A DNA stretch of 64,000 bases from Verrucomicrobiota bacterium (GTDB lineage: Bacteria > Verrucomicrobiota > Verrucomicrobiia > Limisphaerales > Palsa-1400). Each line of letters opens with the position of its first letter. The first letter of the stretch is position 1. Both the position numbers and the translations under genes were made by a program. A model generated the notes under the pieces. That model worked only from the letters and a program-made list of their open reading frames with translations, was not told the DNA's origin and did no database searches. The stretch is from NCBI GenBank assembly GCA_049510745.1, contig JBEKYR010000020.1, positions 23,555-87,554 on the forward strand, given 5' to 3'. Below are positions 9,879 through 19,742 of this stretch, in pieces.

Positions 9879-10283
9879 CTCTTTATATCGCCCCCTTTCC
9901 CGGCATATCAAACCATTTCCCAGAGATAACCGGCACATTCCCTGTTTTCGAGGAACGCGGGCGTCTCGCCCGTTGCAGTCGGCGTCCCGCCGACTGCTTT
10001 TCTTTGGCCTCCAACCCGAATGTGCTGATTCTCCGTGAGAATTGGCATCAGATGATGGAGAGCGTTCACCATGATTGATGGCGGTCGTTTCGTGGTAAAC
10101 GAGAGAATGGATTTATCGCCTTGAGATTGTTCCCGGCAGAGTTGGCTGTTGATCAGGTCGCTCCCGATCGTTGCCCAACCTGTGGCTGGAGCAAAGGGAG
10201 TACGACGCGTGGAGGAACCGAATTTTGTATTTCCACATACGAATCGGTGATTGTATATTCAGCAAGTTAAGCCCTGCGACCCT

Positions 10284-10598
10284 ATGAAATCACGCAAACA
10301 ACGGTTCGGCAAAATGGCAAAGTGGGGATTTCGCGTTGTTTACATTTCCGTGATTTTGGCGATTTGCGATTTTTGGTCTGCAAGCACCGCGCGCCGCGAT
10401 ACTCTATTTAGCAAGTGCGAGTTCAGGATTACTGACGGTGGTTCGGCTGAGTATGTTGGATTTGGCTACACCATGTCATATCTCCGTAAGATGGATGGTT
10501 CGGCTTATGGACCGGTCCTGCATTTTTGGTTCGCGCCGTTTTTGATTGACGCGGCACACGGTAAGGTAAAGATGCACTGGTTATGGGAAAGGATTTAG
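10284..10598 (+). CDS. AT-richer orphan protein with an N-terminal hydrophobic segment
   Basis: ORF in a visibly AT-richer patch; hydrophobic stretch VVYISVILAICDFW; no family recognised. Confidence 0.5.
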   Translation: MKSRKQRFGKMAKWGFRVVYISVILAICDFWSASTARRDTLFSKCEFRITDGGSAEYVGFGYTMSYLRKMDGSAYGPVLHFWFAPFLIDAAHGKVKMHWLWERI

Positions 10599-10618
10599 TC
10601 GGCACCGAATCGGGCGAA

Positions 10619-10740
10619 TCGGTCTCACATCTAAAGAATCTACATTTCGGCTGCCAATTTCGAGAAGTGGGCCGGGCCGGTTTCCTGTCCGGTTTGGCCT
10701 CTGAAGCAAAATATCGAATGTTTAGGCATCACCTCCAAGC
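10619..10740. repeat. ~120-bp element with imperfect terminal inverted repeats (copy 1)
   Basis: TCGGTCTCACATCTAAAG...ATCGAATGTTTAGGCATCACCTCC; aligns end to end with 53297-53414. Confidence 0.75.
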
Positions 10741-10919
10741 CTCTTAACTTTTCTCGTTGATTTCAGCCAACGCGGCGGCGGCTCAAACCATCAGTTTTCC
10801 AATCCTCGCCCGGCTGGATCCATTCCAATCCATTCTTTATCATCTGTCTCAAAGAATTTTCTGGTCCTCTCCGCGGCCTCCGCAGTGCAATATCCCAAAA
10901 TCGCTCATTTCTGGTGAAA

Positions 10920-11530
10920 CTTTCTCACCACGAAGCGCGCGAAGAACACGAAGTTTTGAATAGGCCCATCTGGATGGTTTTATCCGTGTTAAGCCGTGTC
11001 CATCCGTGGTTGAAAATTTGGTTGCGGCTGGCCGCGCCGGGCCTCTGCGCGAGAATCCTCTTCTCCTGAAAAAAATCCTTGCATATTCCATAACAACGTG
11101 ATAATACCCCATCCGATGAAACTGAGAATCATCAAGTTGGGTGGGACGCGGTTCGGTTCCAGGCAATCCGCTGGCAACCCGCCGGCCGGCATCCCGGACG
11201 GCGTTCAACCGGCAAAATTTGCCGGTCCAGCCCCTTCCAACAGATTTCGGTCAAGCCAAATCGAGCCAAAAATCAAACCAAATCAAAGTAAATCAGACTA
11301 AATCAAACCAAAAACAATGGGGGGGAGGGGGGTACCCCTATATACCCCCCAAAAAAACCAAGCTCGGCCGAGCCGGTCAAGGCCAGTCAAGGTCGGTCAA
11401 GGTTGGTCAAGCCTGGTCAAATCAAGGCCCCGGGGTTGCCCAGTCCGTGCCAGTCCCTGCATTTCATTCACTGATTCACTCATTCACTGATTCATGTCTT
11501 CGCTCTATCGGTCAAGGTCAGTCAAGCTTC
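10920..11530. repeat. Cluster of short-period degenerate tandem repeats
   Basis: CACGGAT/CACGAA units at 10925-11010; (xxAAATCAxA)n at ~11269-11311; (GxxxGTCAA)x5 at 11371-11420; (TTCACTxA)n at ~11462-11494. Confidence 0.75.
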
Positions 11531-11620
11531 ATCCTGGACTTCTTCCTTCTGCCTTCCCCCCCGCCCCGTCCCTGATCGTCTGGCAATTCGGAGTTGACGA
11601 ACCGGAGCGCAGCCGTGTGA

Positions 11621-14278
11621 ATGTCGCCTCAATTCATCCAGACACTTGAATTTATGATATACAATCTCAAGGCTCCCGTGAAGAGGCCGCGCCTTCTCCC
11701 GCTGCTTTCCGTTCTCGCGTTCGCCGCGGCCGCCACGGCCCAGGACCTGCCCACCAATGCGCCCAGCCTCGTGTTTCGCGACCGCGTCGATCCTCACTGG
11801 TTCGCCGGCGCGGATGGCCAGACGAACAAGTTCTGGTATCGCGTGGATGTGGGCAAAGATGAGCATCAATTCATCCTTGTCGATGCTGCCGGGGGGAAAC
11901 GCTCTCCGGCGCTCGATCACGCGCGGCTGGCCGAGGCCCTGGCCAAAATAACGGCCCACCCGGCCGATCCCAAAAACCTTCCCATCGACGACCTCGAGTT
12001 CGCTCGCGACGGCAAATCCGTCGTGCTTCGAGCTTCGGGTTCAAGCTGGAAACTGGATTTGGATTCGTATGCGCTCACTGCCATCAAGGAGGACGCCTCG
12101 GGCGAAAACCGATTGCCTGCCGGGCGCGTGCCCCATCCCTCCCTCACCACAGGACCGGAAACCGAACTCACCCTGGTCAACCGCTTGGGCGTGGACGTGA
12201 ACCTGTTCTGGATTGATCCGGATGGGAAACGCCTGCCTTACGGCGCCATTCGCGCCGGCGAACGCCGCCAACAACACACTTACGCCGGGCACGTCTGGCT
12301 GGTCACCTCCCCTCGCGGCGATGTGCTGGCTGTCTTTGAGGCCACCGCCAAACCGGCTCTCGCGGTGATTGACGGGCGTGATTCCGGCCCGTCGCGCCGC
12401 CGCGGCGGCGCCCGCCCTCCCGCCGAGGCCGGTGACAGATCGCCGGATGGCAATTGGGAAGTCCTCGTGCGCGGGGATAACCTCTTCTGCCGCGACCTCA
12501 AGGCTGACAAGGACCGGGAACATCAACTGACCTACGACGCCAATCCAAACAGCACCTACGCCCGCAACGCGGAATCCGACCGCGCCATCGAAATGAACTA
12601 TGACACCCCTGATTCCGAAACCCCGACTCCGGAAGTCTATTGGGCGCCCGACTCAAAACATTTCGTCGCGATGCGTTTGCAGCCCGGAACACAGCGCCGC
12701 GTTTTTCTCATCGAGTCCTCGCCCGAAGACCAGCTTCAGCCCAAACTCGATTCCTACCCCTACCTCAAGCCCGGCGATCAGATTCCTGTTCGCAAACCGC
12801 ACCTTTTCGACATCGAGGCGAAGAAGGAAATCCCCGTCAGCGACACGCTCTTTTCCAATCCGTGGTCCATCAGCGAGGTGCATTGGGCTTCCAACTCCAC
12901 GCGTTTCGGCTTCCTTTACAACCAACGCGGCCATCAGGCGCTGCGCATCGTCGCCGTGGACGCCCGGACCGGCGCCGCCAGGACCATCGTGGACGAACAC
13001 AGCGACACGTTCATTGATTACTCCGGCAAAACATTCTTCAACTACCTCGACGACACGGGCGAAATCATCTGGGCCTCCGAGCGCGACGGATGGAATCACC
13101 TCTATCTCTACGACGCCAATACCGGCCAGGTCAAAAACCAGATCACCCGGGGCGATTGGCTCGTGCGCGGCGTGGACTACGTGGATAAATCAAAGCGGCA
13201 AATCTGGTTTCAGGCCGCCGGCATCCACCCGGAACAGGACCCCTATTACGTCCAGTTCTGCCGCGTTAATTTTGACGGCACCGGGCTGGCGATTCTCTCC
13301 GAGGGCGACGGCACCCACCAGACGCAATTCTCGCCCGACCGCCGTTACTTCATTGACTCCTGGTCGCGCGTTGACCTGCCGCCCATCACCGAATTGCGGC
13401 GCAGCAGCGACGGCCAGATCGTCTGCCGACTGGAGGAAGCCGACGCCGGCAAACTCTGCGCCACCGGCTGGAAAGCGCCGGAACGTTTCGTCGCCAAAGG
13501 TCGCGATGGCGTCACGGACATCTACGGTGTCCTCTGGCGGCCCAAGGATTTTGACCCGCAAAAAAAGTATCCGGTCATCGAAAACATCTATGCCGGGCCG
13601 CAGGACTTCTTCACGCCCAAGAGTTTCCGCGCCTCCTACCAGCAACAGAAGCTGGCCGATCACGGGTTTATCGTCGTGCAGATGGATGGCATGGGCACGT
13701 CGGGCCGCTCGAAAAAATTCCACGACGTCTGCTGGAAAAACCTCGGCGACGCCGGCCTCCCGGACCGCATTCTCTGGATCAAGGCGGCGGCGGCCAGGCA
13801 TCCCTTCATGGACCTGTCGCGCGTGGGCATCTACGGCACGTCGGCCGGCGGGCAGAACGCCCTGCGCGCCATGCTCGCTCACGGCGATTTCTACAAAGTG
13901 TGCGTGTCCGACTCCGGCTGCCACGACAACCGGATGGACAAAATCTGGTGGAACGAACAATGGATGGGCTGGCCCGTGGACGAAAGCTACGTGCATAGCT
14001 CCAATGTCCAGGACGCCCCTCGCCTCCAAGGCAAGCTCTTGCTGATGGTCGGCGAAATGGATCGCAACGTTGACCCCTCCAGCACCATGCAGGTCGTCAA
14101 CGCCCTGATCAAGGCGGACAAGGATTTCGATCTGCTGGCCATGCCCGGCGCCGGCCATGGCGTCGCCCGAACCCCCTATGGCGCCCGCCGCCTGGAGGAA
14201 TTCTTCGTCCGAAATCTCCTGGGAACGGAACTGAAAACCGTCGCGGGGACTTCCTCCGCCGCGCCCGCCGCCCCATGA
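11621..14278 (+). CDS. S9B / DPP-IV-like serine peptidase with an inserted VHL beta domain
   Basis: Signal peptide; propeller motifs (SERDGWNHLYLYD); catalytic GTSAGG, DRNVD and GAGHG; VHL-like segment at ~12158-12372. True start may be 11653. Confidence 0.9.
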   Translation: MSPQFIQTLEFMIYNLKAPVKRPRLLPLLSVLAFAAAATAQDLPTNAPSLVFRDRVDPHWFAGADGQTNKFWYRVDVGKDEHQFILVDAAGGKRSPALDHARLAEALAKITAHPADPKNLPIDDLEFARDGKSVVLRASGSSWKLDLDSYALTAIKEDASGENRLPAGRVPHPSLTTGPETELTLVNRLGVDVNLFWIDPDGKRLPYGAIRAGERRQQHTYAGHVWLVTSPRGDVLAVFEATAKPALAVIDGRDSGPSRRRGGARPPAEAGDRSPDGNWEVLVRGDNLFCRDLKADKDREHQLTYDANPNSTYARNAESDRAIEMNYDTPDSETPTPEVYWAPDSKHFVAMRLQPGTQRRVFLIESSPEDQLQPKLDSYPYLKPGDQIPVRKPHLFDIEAKKEIPVSDTLFSNPWSISEVHWASNSTRFGFLYNQRGHQALRIVAVDARTGAARTIVDEHSDTFIDYSGKTFFNYLDDTGEIIWASERDGWNHLYLYDANTGQVKNQITRGDWLVRGVDYVDKSKRQIWFQAAGIHPEQDPYYVQFCRVNFDGTGLAILSEGDGTHQTQFSPDRRYFIDSWSRVDLPPITELRRSSDGQIVCRLEEADAGKLCATGWKAPERFVAKGRDGVTDIYGVLWRPKDFDPQKKYPVIENIYAGPQDFFTPKSFRASYQQQKLADHGFIVVQMDGMGTSGRSKKFHDVCWKNLGDAGLPDRILWIKAAAARHPFMDLSRVGIYGTSAGGQNALRAMLAHGDFYKVCVSDSGCHDNRMDKIWWNEQWMGWPVDESYVHSSNVQDAPRLQGKLLLMVGEMDRNVDPSSTMQVVNALIKADKDFDLLAMPGAGHGVARTPYGARRLEEFFVRNLLGTELKTVAGTSSAAPAAP

Positions 14279-14309
14279 GGGGATTTGCGCGCAAAACGAC
14301 TCGCCCGCC

Positions 14310-15488
14310 TCACCGCGTCCCCATCCCCACGCTTTGCACGGTTTGGAAAAGTTTGCCTTCGGTCTTGATGCTCGGGGCGATGATGATCTCGGTTTCCTGA
14401 AATTCCCGGATCGTGGCCGCCCCCACGTTGCCCATGCACGTCGTAATCGCGCCCACCAGATTTTGCGAGCCGTCATCGACTGTCGCCGGGCCGTAAAGGA
14501 TTTGCTTGAGCGAGCCGGTCACGCCGACTTTGATGCGCGTGCCGCGCGGCAGGTTGGCGTGCGGCGTGGCCATGCCCCAATGGTTGCCTTTGCCCGGCGC
14601 TTCCTGGGCCCGCGCAAACGCGCTGCCCACCATGACGGCGTCCGACCCGCACGCCAGCGCCTTGCAAACATCCCCTCCCTTGCTCATCCCGCCGTCGGTG
14701 ATGATGGGGATGTAGCGGCCCGTGTTCTTGTGATGATAATCGCGCGCCGCGGCGCAATCGACCGTGGCGGTGACCTGCGGCACGCCCAGGCCCAGCACCC
14801 CGCGGCTGGTGCAGGCGGCGCCCGGCCCGACGCCGATCAGCACGCCGGCCACCCCGCACTCCATCAACTCCCGCGTGACGTTGTAGGTGACGGCGTTGCC
14901 GATGATGACCGGGATGCGCATCTTCCGGCAAAAATCAGGCAGGTCGAGCGATTTGTATTCGGTGGAAATATGTTTGACCGTCGAGACGGTCGATTGCACC
15001 ACGAACAGGTCCGCGCCGGACGCCTGGGCGATGCAGCCGAACCGTTCCGCCTTCTGCGGGATGGAACTGACGGCGGCCAGCACCCCGGCGGCCTTCAATT
15101 CCTCCACCCGCCGGGCGATCAATTCCTCCTTGATCGGCTCGGTGTAAACCTTTTGGATCAGGGTGGTGACTTCGTCTTTGCCGGCTTTGACAATTTGATC
15201 GAGGACCTCGGAGGGGTTGGCGTAGCGGGTTTGCACGCCTTCCAGGTTGATGACGCCCAAGCCGCCCAGCTTGCCCATCTCGATGCAGAAGCGCACGTCG
15301 GTCACGCCATCCATGGCGCTGGCAATGACGGGGATTTTCAGCGTGATGCAACTGCCGTCCGGGCGCGGAATCTTGAACGACGTGTCCACCTCGTTGGGGT
15401 TGATGGTGATGTCGCCCGGCACAAGGGCGATTTCGTCAAAACCATAGGTGACGCGTGCTTTTCGATTTCGTCCAATCCACATTCCCAT
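14310..15488 (-). CDS. guaB3: GuaB3-family IMP dehydrogenase-related protein
   Basis: YGFDEIALVP, ASAMDGV and GVGPGAACTSR (catalytic Cys) motifs; no CBS pair. Confidence 0.88.
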   Translation of the reverse strand: MGMWIGRNRKARVTYGFDEIALVPGDITINPNEVDTSFKIPRPDGSCITLKIPVIASAMDGVTDVRFCIEMGKLGGLGVINLEGVQTRYANPSEVLDQIVKAGKDEVTTLIQKVYTEPIKEELIARRVEELKAAGVLAAVSSIPQKAERFGCIAQASGADLFVVQSTVSTVKHISTEYKSLDLPDFCRKMRIPVIIGNAVTYNVTRELMECGVAGVLIGVGPGAACTSRGVLGLGVPQVTATVDCAAARDYHHKNTGRYIPIITDGGMSKGGDVCKALACGSDAVMVGSAFARAQEAPGKGNHWGMATPHANLPRGTRIKVGVTGSLKQILYGPATVDDGSQNLVGAITTCMGNVGAATIREFQETEIIIAPSIKTEGKLFQTVQSVGMGTR

Positions 15489-15531
15489 AGGTCAATTCCA
15501 AAAATTCACGGTTGAAGATGTCCGGCGCGCC

Positions 15532-15756
15532 TCAAAATTCAAACGGTTCGTTGAGCGTCCCGCACTGCGCGCAACGCGAACGGGCCACGTCCGCGTCGTC
15601 CGTATAAACCGAACCGCACCGTTCGCAGCGAAAGATGCGGTCCTGCTTCCGCGCCGGCCCAAAGCGCCGGCTGCGAATTTCCGAATATAGAACCAGGACG
15701 GAGAGCGCCGCAAGCAAAGAAAAAACATACGCGTCTATCAGCTTCTCCAATGACAT
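15532..15756 (-). CDS. Small membrane-anchored zinc-ribbon protein
   Basis: N-terminal TM helix; CERC...CAQC; fits between the tonB-like gene and guaB3. Confidence 0.7.
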   Translation of the reverse strand: MSLEKLIDAYVFSLLAALSVLVLYSEIRSRRFGPARKQDRIFRCERCGSVYTDDADVARSRCAQCGTLNEPFEF

Positions 15757-15768
15757 TTCAATCCTCTC

Positions 15769-16539
15769 TCATTTGGGCGCGGCGCCGTTGGTCGCTTCGC
15801 TCGTGTGCCATTCAAAGACGGCCTGCCCCCAGACGGTCCCCGCCCTGTTGGACGGCACGAACCGCAACGCCCTCGCCGCCGCCAGCGCGCTGGCGTCAGC
15901 CGCCGGCGATCCGCTGCGCGCCAGCAGGCGATGCGCCAGCACGTCGCCCGCCGGGCTGACGCCGATTTCCACCACCGAGTTGGTCAATAATTGCGGACTG
16001 GGCCACGCCGGCAGCAGCGGCGTTTCGCCCGTCCAACGCTGCCGCGCCTCGCCCTGGAGACGGAAGACCGATTGGGTCTGAATCATTTCGGGCGGCAGGA
16101 AGACCGGCAGCGGTTCCAGCGGCGCCGCACCCTGGCCGGCCAGGTCCAGCGGCGGCGGCGTCGCGCTGAGTGGCCCGACGGGAGAAATGGTTCCGAGCCT
16201 GGATACGTCCAAGTCCAGCCAGGAGGGGGGTTCGAGGCGGTTGGTGGGGCGGTACTGGGCGGGTTGCTGCGAGAACCAGGCCCGGCCGGAAAACCCGTGA
16301 ACACCCGGCCATTGAAACACCGCCGGGTCCCCCGCAAAGAATCTCCTCGATAACTGGTCCTCCCGCACCGGCGCGCCCAGCGCCACAAAACGGATGGGCG
16401 GCGGGGCGGACGCCGCCGGACGGGCCGCCCGGTCGGCAAAAACCAAAATCAAGGCGACCTGCAAGACGAACAAACCGACGGCCACACTCAGAACACGTCC
16501 GCGCGTCCAGACCCCGGATTCTGTGCCGGGCGCGTTCAT
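15769..16539 (-). CDS. TonB-like energy transducer (TonB C-terminal domain)
   Basis: N-terminal TM, Pro-rich linker, C-terminal VSPAGDV...SGSPAADASALAAARALRF; ATGA-coupled to exbD. Confidence 0.7.
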   Translation of the reverse strand: MNAPGTESGVWTRGRVLSVAVGLFVLQVALILVFADRAARPAASAPPPIRFVALGAPVREDQLSRRFFAGDPAVFQWPGVHGFSGRAWFSQQPAQYRPTNRLEPPSWLDLDVSRLGTISPVGPLSATPPPLDLAGQGAAPLEPLPVFLPPEMIQTQSVFRLQGEARQRWTGETPLLPAWPSPQLLTNSVVEIGVSPAGDVLAHRLLARSGSPAADASALAAARALRFVPSNRAGTVWGQAVFEWHTSEATNGAAPK

Positions 16540-16964
16540 GGCCGCGGGCCAAAAACAGTGGGACGTTCCGCCAGCAAGACTTCGGTGATGCCGGCCTGGC
16601 GCGCCAGCAATTCCAAGTGTGTGATCACTTCGAGTTCCGCCGCCTTGTCGGCCCACAACACCAGCGTCAGGTGTTTCGACTGGCGCCGCGTGTTTTGCGC
16701 GCGGCTCTGCAGCGCGGCCCGCAACTCCGCCTCCGGCACCGCCCGGTTCTCAAAAAAACATTGCCCGCGGGAATCCACCGCCACCACCACCGTCGGGTTG
16801 TCCGTCCCCGGCCAATCCGCCCCGTCCGGCAGCTTGATCGTGACGCCGGGCGTATAGAGCAAGGAGCCGAGCAGCAAGAAGATCATCAGCAACATCAGGA
16901 CCCCTGCCATGGGCGCCGGGTCCAGCGGCCCGCGGAAAATCCTGGCGTGACGCTCGAATCTCAT
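16536..16964 (-). CDS. exbD: Biopolymer transport protein ExbD/TolR
   Basis: LDPAPMAGVLMLLMIFLLL TM; periplasmic LVLWADK motif. The canonical TM Asp appears to be replaced by Gly. Confidence 0.8.
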   Translation of the reverse strand: MRFERHARIFRGPLDPAPMAGVLMLLMIFLLLGSLLYTPGVTIKLPDGADWPGTDNPTVVVAVDSRGQCFFENRAVPEAELRAALQSRAQNTRRQSKHLTLVLWADKAAELEVITHLELLARQAGITEVLLAERPTVFGPRP

Positions 16965-17596
16965 GCCGGCTTTGAATTCTCCGGCCCCGCCGCCGGGCCG
17001 GAAACAATGCTCAGAATCTCGCTGGAGGCCTGCTCCATGTCCAAAACGATGTTGTTGACCCGGCTCACCAGGTAATTGTAACCGGCGTAACTGGGAATGG
17101 CGACGGCCAGCCCGGCGGCGGTGCAAATCAGGGCCTTCCAGATGCCCGCGGAAAGCTGCGCCACGTGCGCGTTCAACCCCGCCTCCTGCACGACGCGAAA
17201 CACGCTGATGAATCCCAGCACCGTGCCCAGCAGCCCCAGCAGCGGCGCGATTTGCGCCACGGTCGCCAGCAGGCTCAAGTTCTGTTCCAGCCGCGGCACC
17301 TCCCACGAGCCGGCGTCTTCCAGCGCCTCCCGCACCGCCTCCCGCCCGCGGTCCCGGTTGAGGATCGCGATCTTGACCAGGCGCGGCACCGGTCCCGGCG
17401 TGGCGTCGCAGATCGCCAGCGCTTCGACGATGTTATCGCGCTTGAGGACGTTGCGCACGCCGTTGAGAAACTCGGTCGAGTTGATCTGATCGCGGTGATA
17501 TTGCAAAAGCCGTTCGCAAAAGACGGCCAGCGCCACCGCGCTCGTCGCCACGATCACCCAAATCATCAGCCCGCCCTCCGCCAAAAAATGAGGCAT
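16961..17596 (-). CDS. exbB: MotA/TolQ/ExbB proton channel protein
   Basis: IAPLLGLLGTVLG and GIWKALICTAAGLAVAIP motifs. Confidence 0.9.
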   Translation of the reverse strand: MPHFLAEGGLMIWVIVATSAVALAVFCERLLQYHRDQINSTEFLNGVRNVLKRDNIVEALAICDATPGPVPRLVKIAILNRDRGREAVREALEDAGSWEVPRLEQNLSLLATVAQIAPLLGLLGTVLGFISVFRVVQEAGLNAHVAQLSAGIWKALICTAAGLAVAIPSYAGYNYLVSRVNNIVLDMEQASSEILSIVSGPAAGPENSKPA

Positions 17597-17660
17597 GCCC
17601 ACTTTATAGCGGGTCAACTTTGAACTTTAAACCTTAAACTTTCCCCGTAAGGTCTTTCCC

Positions 17661-18323
17661 ATGGATACGCCCCGTCGCCGCACAGAGCCGCCCCACCCCT
17701 GGCGCAACGAGATCGAATCGGTTTTGATCTCCCAAGAGCGCCTGGCCCGCCGCGTCCGCCGCCTGGCTGCCCAGATTCAAAATGATTTTGCCGGACGCGA
17801 CCTCGTCATCGTCGCCCTGTTGAACGGCACGGTTGTTTTTCTGGCGGACCTCCTGCGCCGGCTTTCCCTGCCCTTGCGCCTGGATTTCATCGGCGTCTCC
17901 AGCTACGGCGGCGGAACCGAATCGGCCGAGCTTGTTTTCACCAAGGAACTCCGCCTGGACGTCAGCGGTCGCGATGTTCTGGTGGTCGATGATATTTTGG
18001 ACACGGGCAAAACCCTTTCCCGCGTCACCGCCAAGTTGAGCAAGCTGCGCCCGAGCCTGATTAAAATCTGCGTCCTCCTGGACAAACCCTCGCGCCGCCT
18101 GGAGAAGATCACCGCCGATTACGTCGGGTTCACCATCCCCAATCACTTCGTCGTTGGCTACGGGCTGGATTACGCCGAGCGCTATCGCAACCTGCCCTTC
18201 GTCGGCGTGCTGCGCCCGGAAATGTTCAACCATCCCGATTTCATTCCGCTTCTCTCGCCCAAAAAACGGCGCTTGCTCCAGGGAATCGAGGACGAACCGG
18301 ACAGCGACAGCAGCGGGTCTTGA
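17661..18323 (+). CDS. hpt: Hypoxanthine phosphoribosyltransferase
   Basis: VLVVDDILDTGKTL PRPP motif; FVVGYGLDYAERYRNLP. Confidence 0.95.
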   Translation: MDTPRRRTEPPHPWRNEIESVLISQERLARRVRRLAAQIQNDFAGRDLVIVALLNGTVVFLADLLRRLSLPLRLDFIGVSSYGGGTESAELVFTKELRLDVSGRDVLVVDDILDTGKTLSRVTAKLSKLRPSLIKICVLLDKPSRRLEKITADYVGFTIPNHFVVGYGLDYAERYRNLPFVGVLRPEMFNHPDFIPLLSPKKRRLLQGIEDEPDSDSSGS

Positions 18324-18347
18324 CCCCAAAGACCAGCGGATGCTCCC

Positions 18348-18740
18348 TCAAGTATTGAGGACCTTCATCGCTTTTTTGGCATCCGACACGCGGAGGATCA
18401 TCAGCCCGCGTTTGGCGTCGGGCGACGTGGCGCAATAGGCGTACACGATGTTGATTTTGGCCGCGGCCAGCTTGTGCGCCAATGTGGCCAGCGAACCGGG
18501 CTTGTTGTCGCCGGTAATCATCAACACGTCGTCCTCCACCACCAGCGTCCCGTGCTCTTCAAAGACGAACAGCGCCTTGGCCGGGTCGCTCACGACCAGG
18601 CGGATGACGCTGTGATCGACCGTGTCGCTGATGGAAATGGCGTAGATGTTGATCTGGGCGGCGGCCAGAGCGTCGCACACCCGCGCGAGCGTGCCGGGCC
18701 GATTTTCGAGGAACAGAGCCAATTGTTTTGTTATTTGCAT
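18348..18740 (-). CDS. Tandem ACT-domain protein
   Basis: KQLALFLENRPGTLA and DNKPGSLA ACT repeats. Confidence 0.88.
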   Translation of the reverse strand: MQITKQLALFLENRPGTLARVCDALAAAQINIYAISISDTVDHSVIRLVVSDPAKALFVFEEHGTLVVEDDVLMITGDNKPGSLATLAHKLAAAKINIVYAYCATSPDAKRGLMILRVSDAKKAMKVLNT

Positions 18741-18872
18741 ACTTTAGAGCCGCCCCGTCGCGGAAACTGGCGTTGCTCGAACCATAACACGCCCTGGCCG
18801 ATTTGCCAGTTCCGCTTTCCTTTTCATTTTTATTGTCGTCCTCCAAAGTTTCTGCCATCCTCTTTTTGTCCT

Positions 18873-19742
18873 ATGAGTTTGCCGTCAGCCAATTCAGCCG
18901 GGGAACTGGAGGAGAAGCACAGAAAAGCCTTGATCAGCTTGCTGGCCGATGACGATGCCAGGGTCTATCAGACCGTCCGCGAAACCATCCTTGCCTACGG
19001 CCCCGCCTGCTCCGACTGGATGCGCCAGCACACCCTGAGCAACGATCCGGTCCTCCGCCGCCGCGCCAACGAAATTGTCCATCACTTCGCCCGGCAGGAT
19101 GCGGACACGCAGTTTTTGGCCTTTTGCCTCAATCAAGGCGAAGATTTCGACCTCGAACAAGGCGTCCTGCTCCTGGCCCGCACCCAATACCCGGCCATCA
19201 ATCCGGAAGCCTATTCCGCCCTGCTCGATGATTTTGCCGGCCAATTGCGGGAGCGGCTGGATTTGCACGGCTCCGCCGATCAAATCCTGCGCACCATCAA
19301 CGATTACCTGTTCCGTGAATTGAAGTTCGCCGGCGACGAACAGAATCCCTGCGATCCGGAAAACAGCTATTTCAACTGCGTGCTCGACCGCCGCCTCGGC
19401 AATTCCATCAGCTTGAGCCTGCTTTTTTTATTGGTGGGCCGCCGGCTGCGTCTGCCCGTCGCGGGCGTCGGTTTGCCGGGGAATTTTCTTTGCCGCTACC
19501 AATCCAGCCGGGCGGAGATTTACGTGGACGCCTTTCACGGCGGACGGCTGCTGGCCAAGGCGGATTGCATCAGGCACGTCCTGCAATTGGGCCAGCGTTT
19601 CGATGACAGTTGCCTGGCGCCGGTCAGCGCCCGGCGCATCCTCCTGCGCATCTGCGCCCAGCTCCATCAAATCTACAACCAGCAAAAGTCGCCCGTCCAA
19701 GTCGAACGCTTGCAGCGTTATTTGGTTGCCCTGGCCAAATAG
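18873..19742 (+). CDS. SirB1 / transglutaminase-like superfamily protein
   Basis: ENSYFNCVLDRRLGNSISL, GVGLPGNFLC and YVDAFHGG motifs. Confidence 0.85.
   Translation: MSLPSANSAGELEEKHRKALISLLADDDARVYQTVRETILAYGPACSDWMRQHTLSNDPVLRRRANEIVHHFARQDADTQFLAFCLNQGEDFDLEQGVLLLARTQYPAINPEAYSALLDDFAGQLRERLDLHGSADQILRTINDYLFRELKFAGDEQNPCDPENSYFNCVLDRRLGNSISLSLLFLLVGRRLRLPVAGVGLPGNFLCRYQSSRAEIYVDAFHGGRLLAKADCIRHVLQLGQRFDDSCLAPVSARRILLRICAQLHQIYNQQKSPVQVERLQRYLVALAK

Noticed and set aside
10079..10270. Toxin C-terminal fragment upstream of the orphan ORF (toxin-immunity pair)
   Set aside because: The short startless frame has a CPTC but no RHS or toxin motif; support is insufficient.
11098..11575. ORFs with NQIKVNQTK / SRSVKVGQ repeats as real genes
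   Set aside because: The peptide periodicity simply reflects the 10-bp DNA arrays; no credible start or domain.
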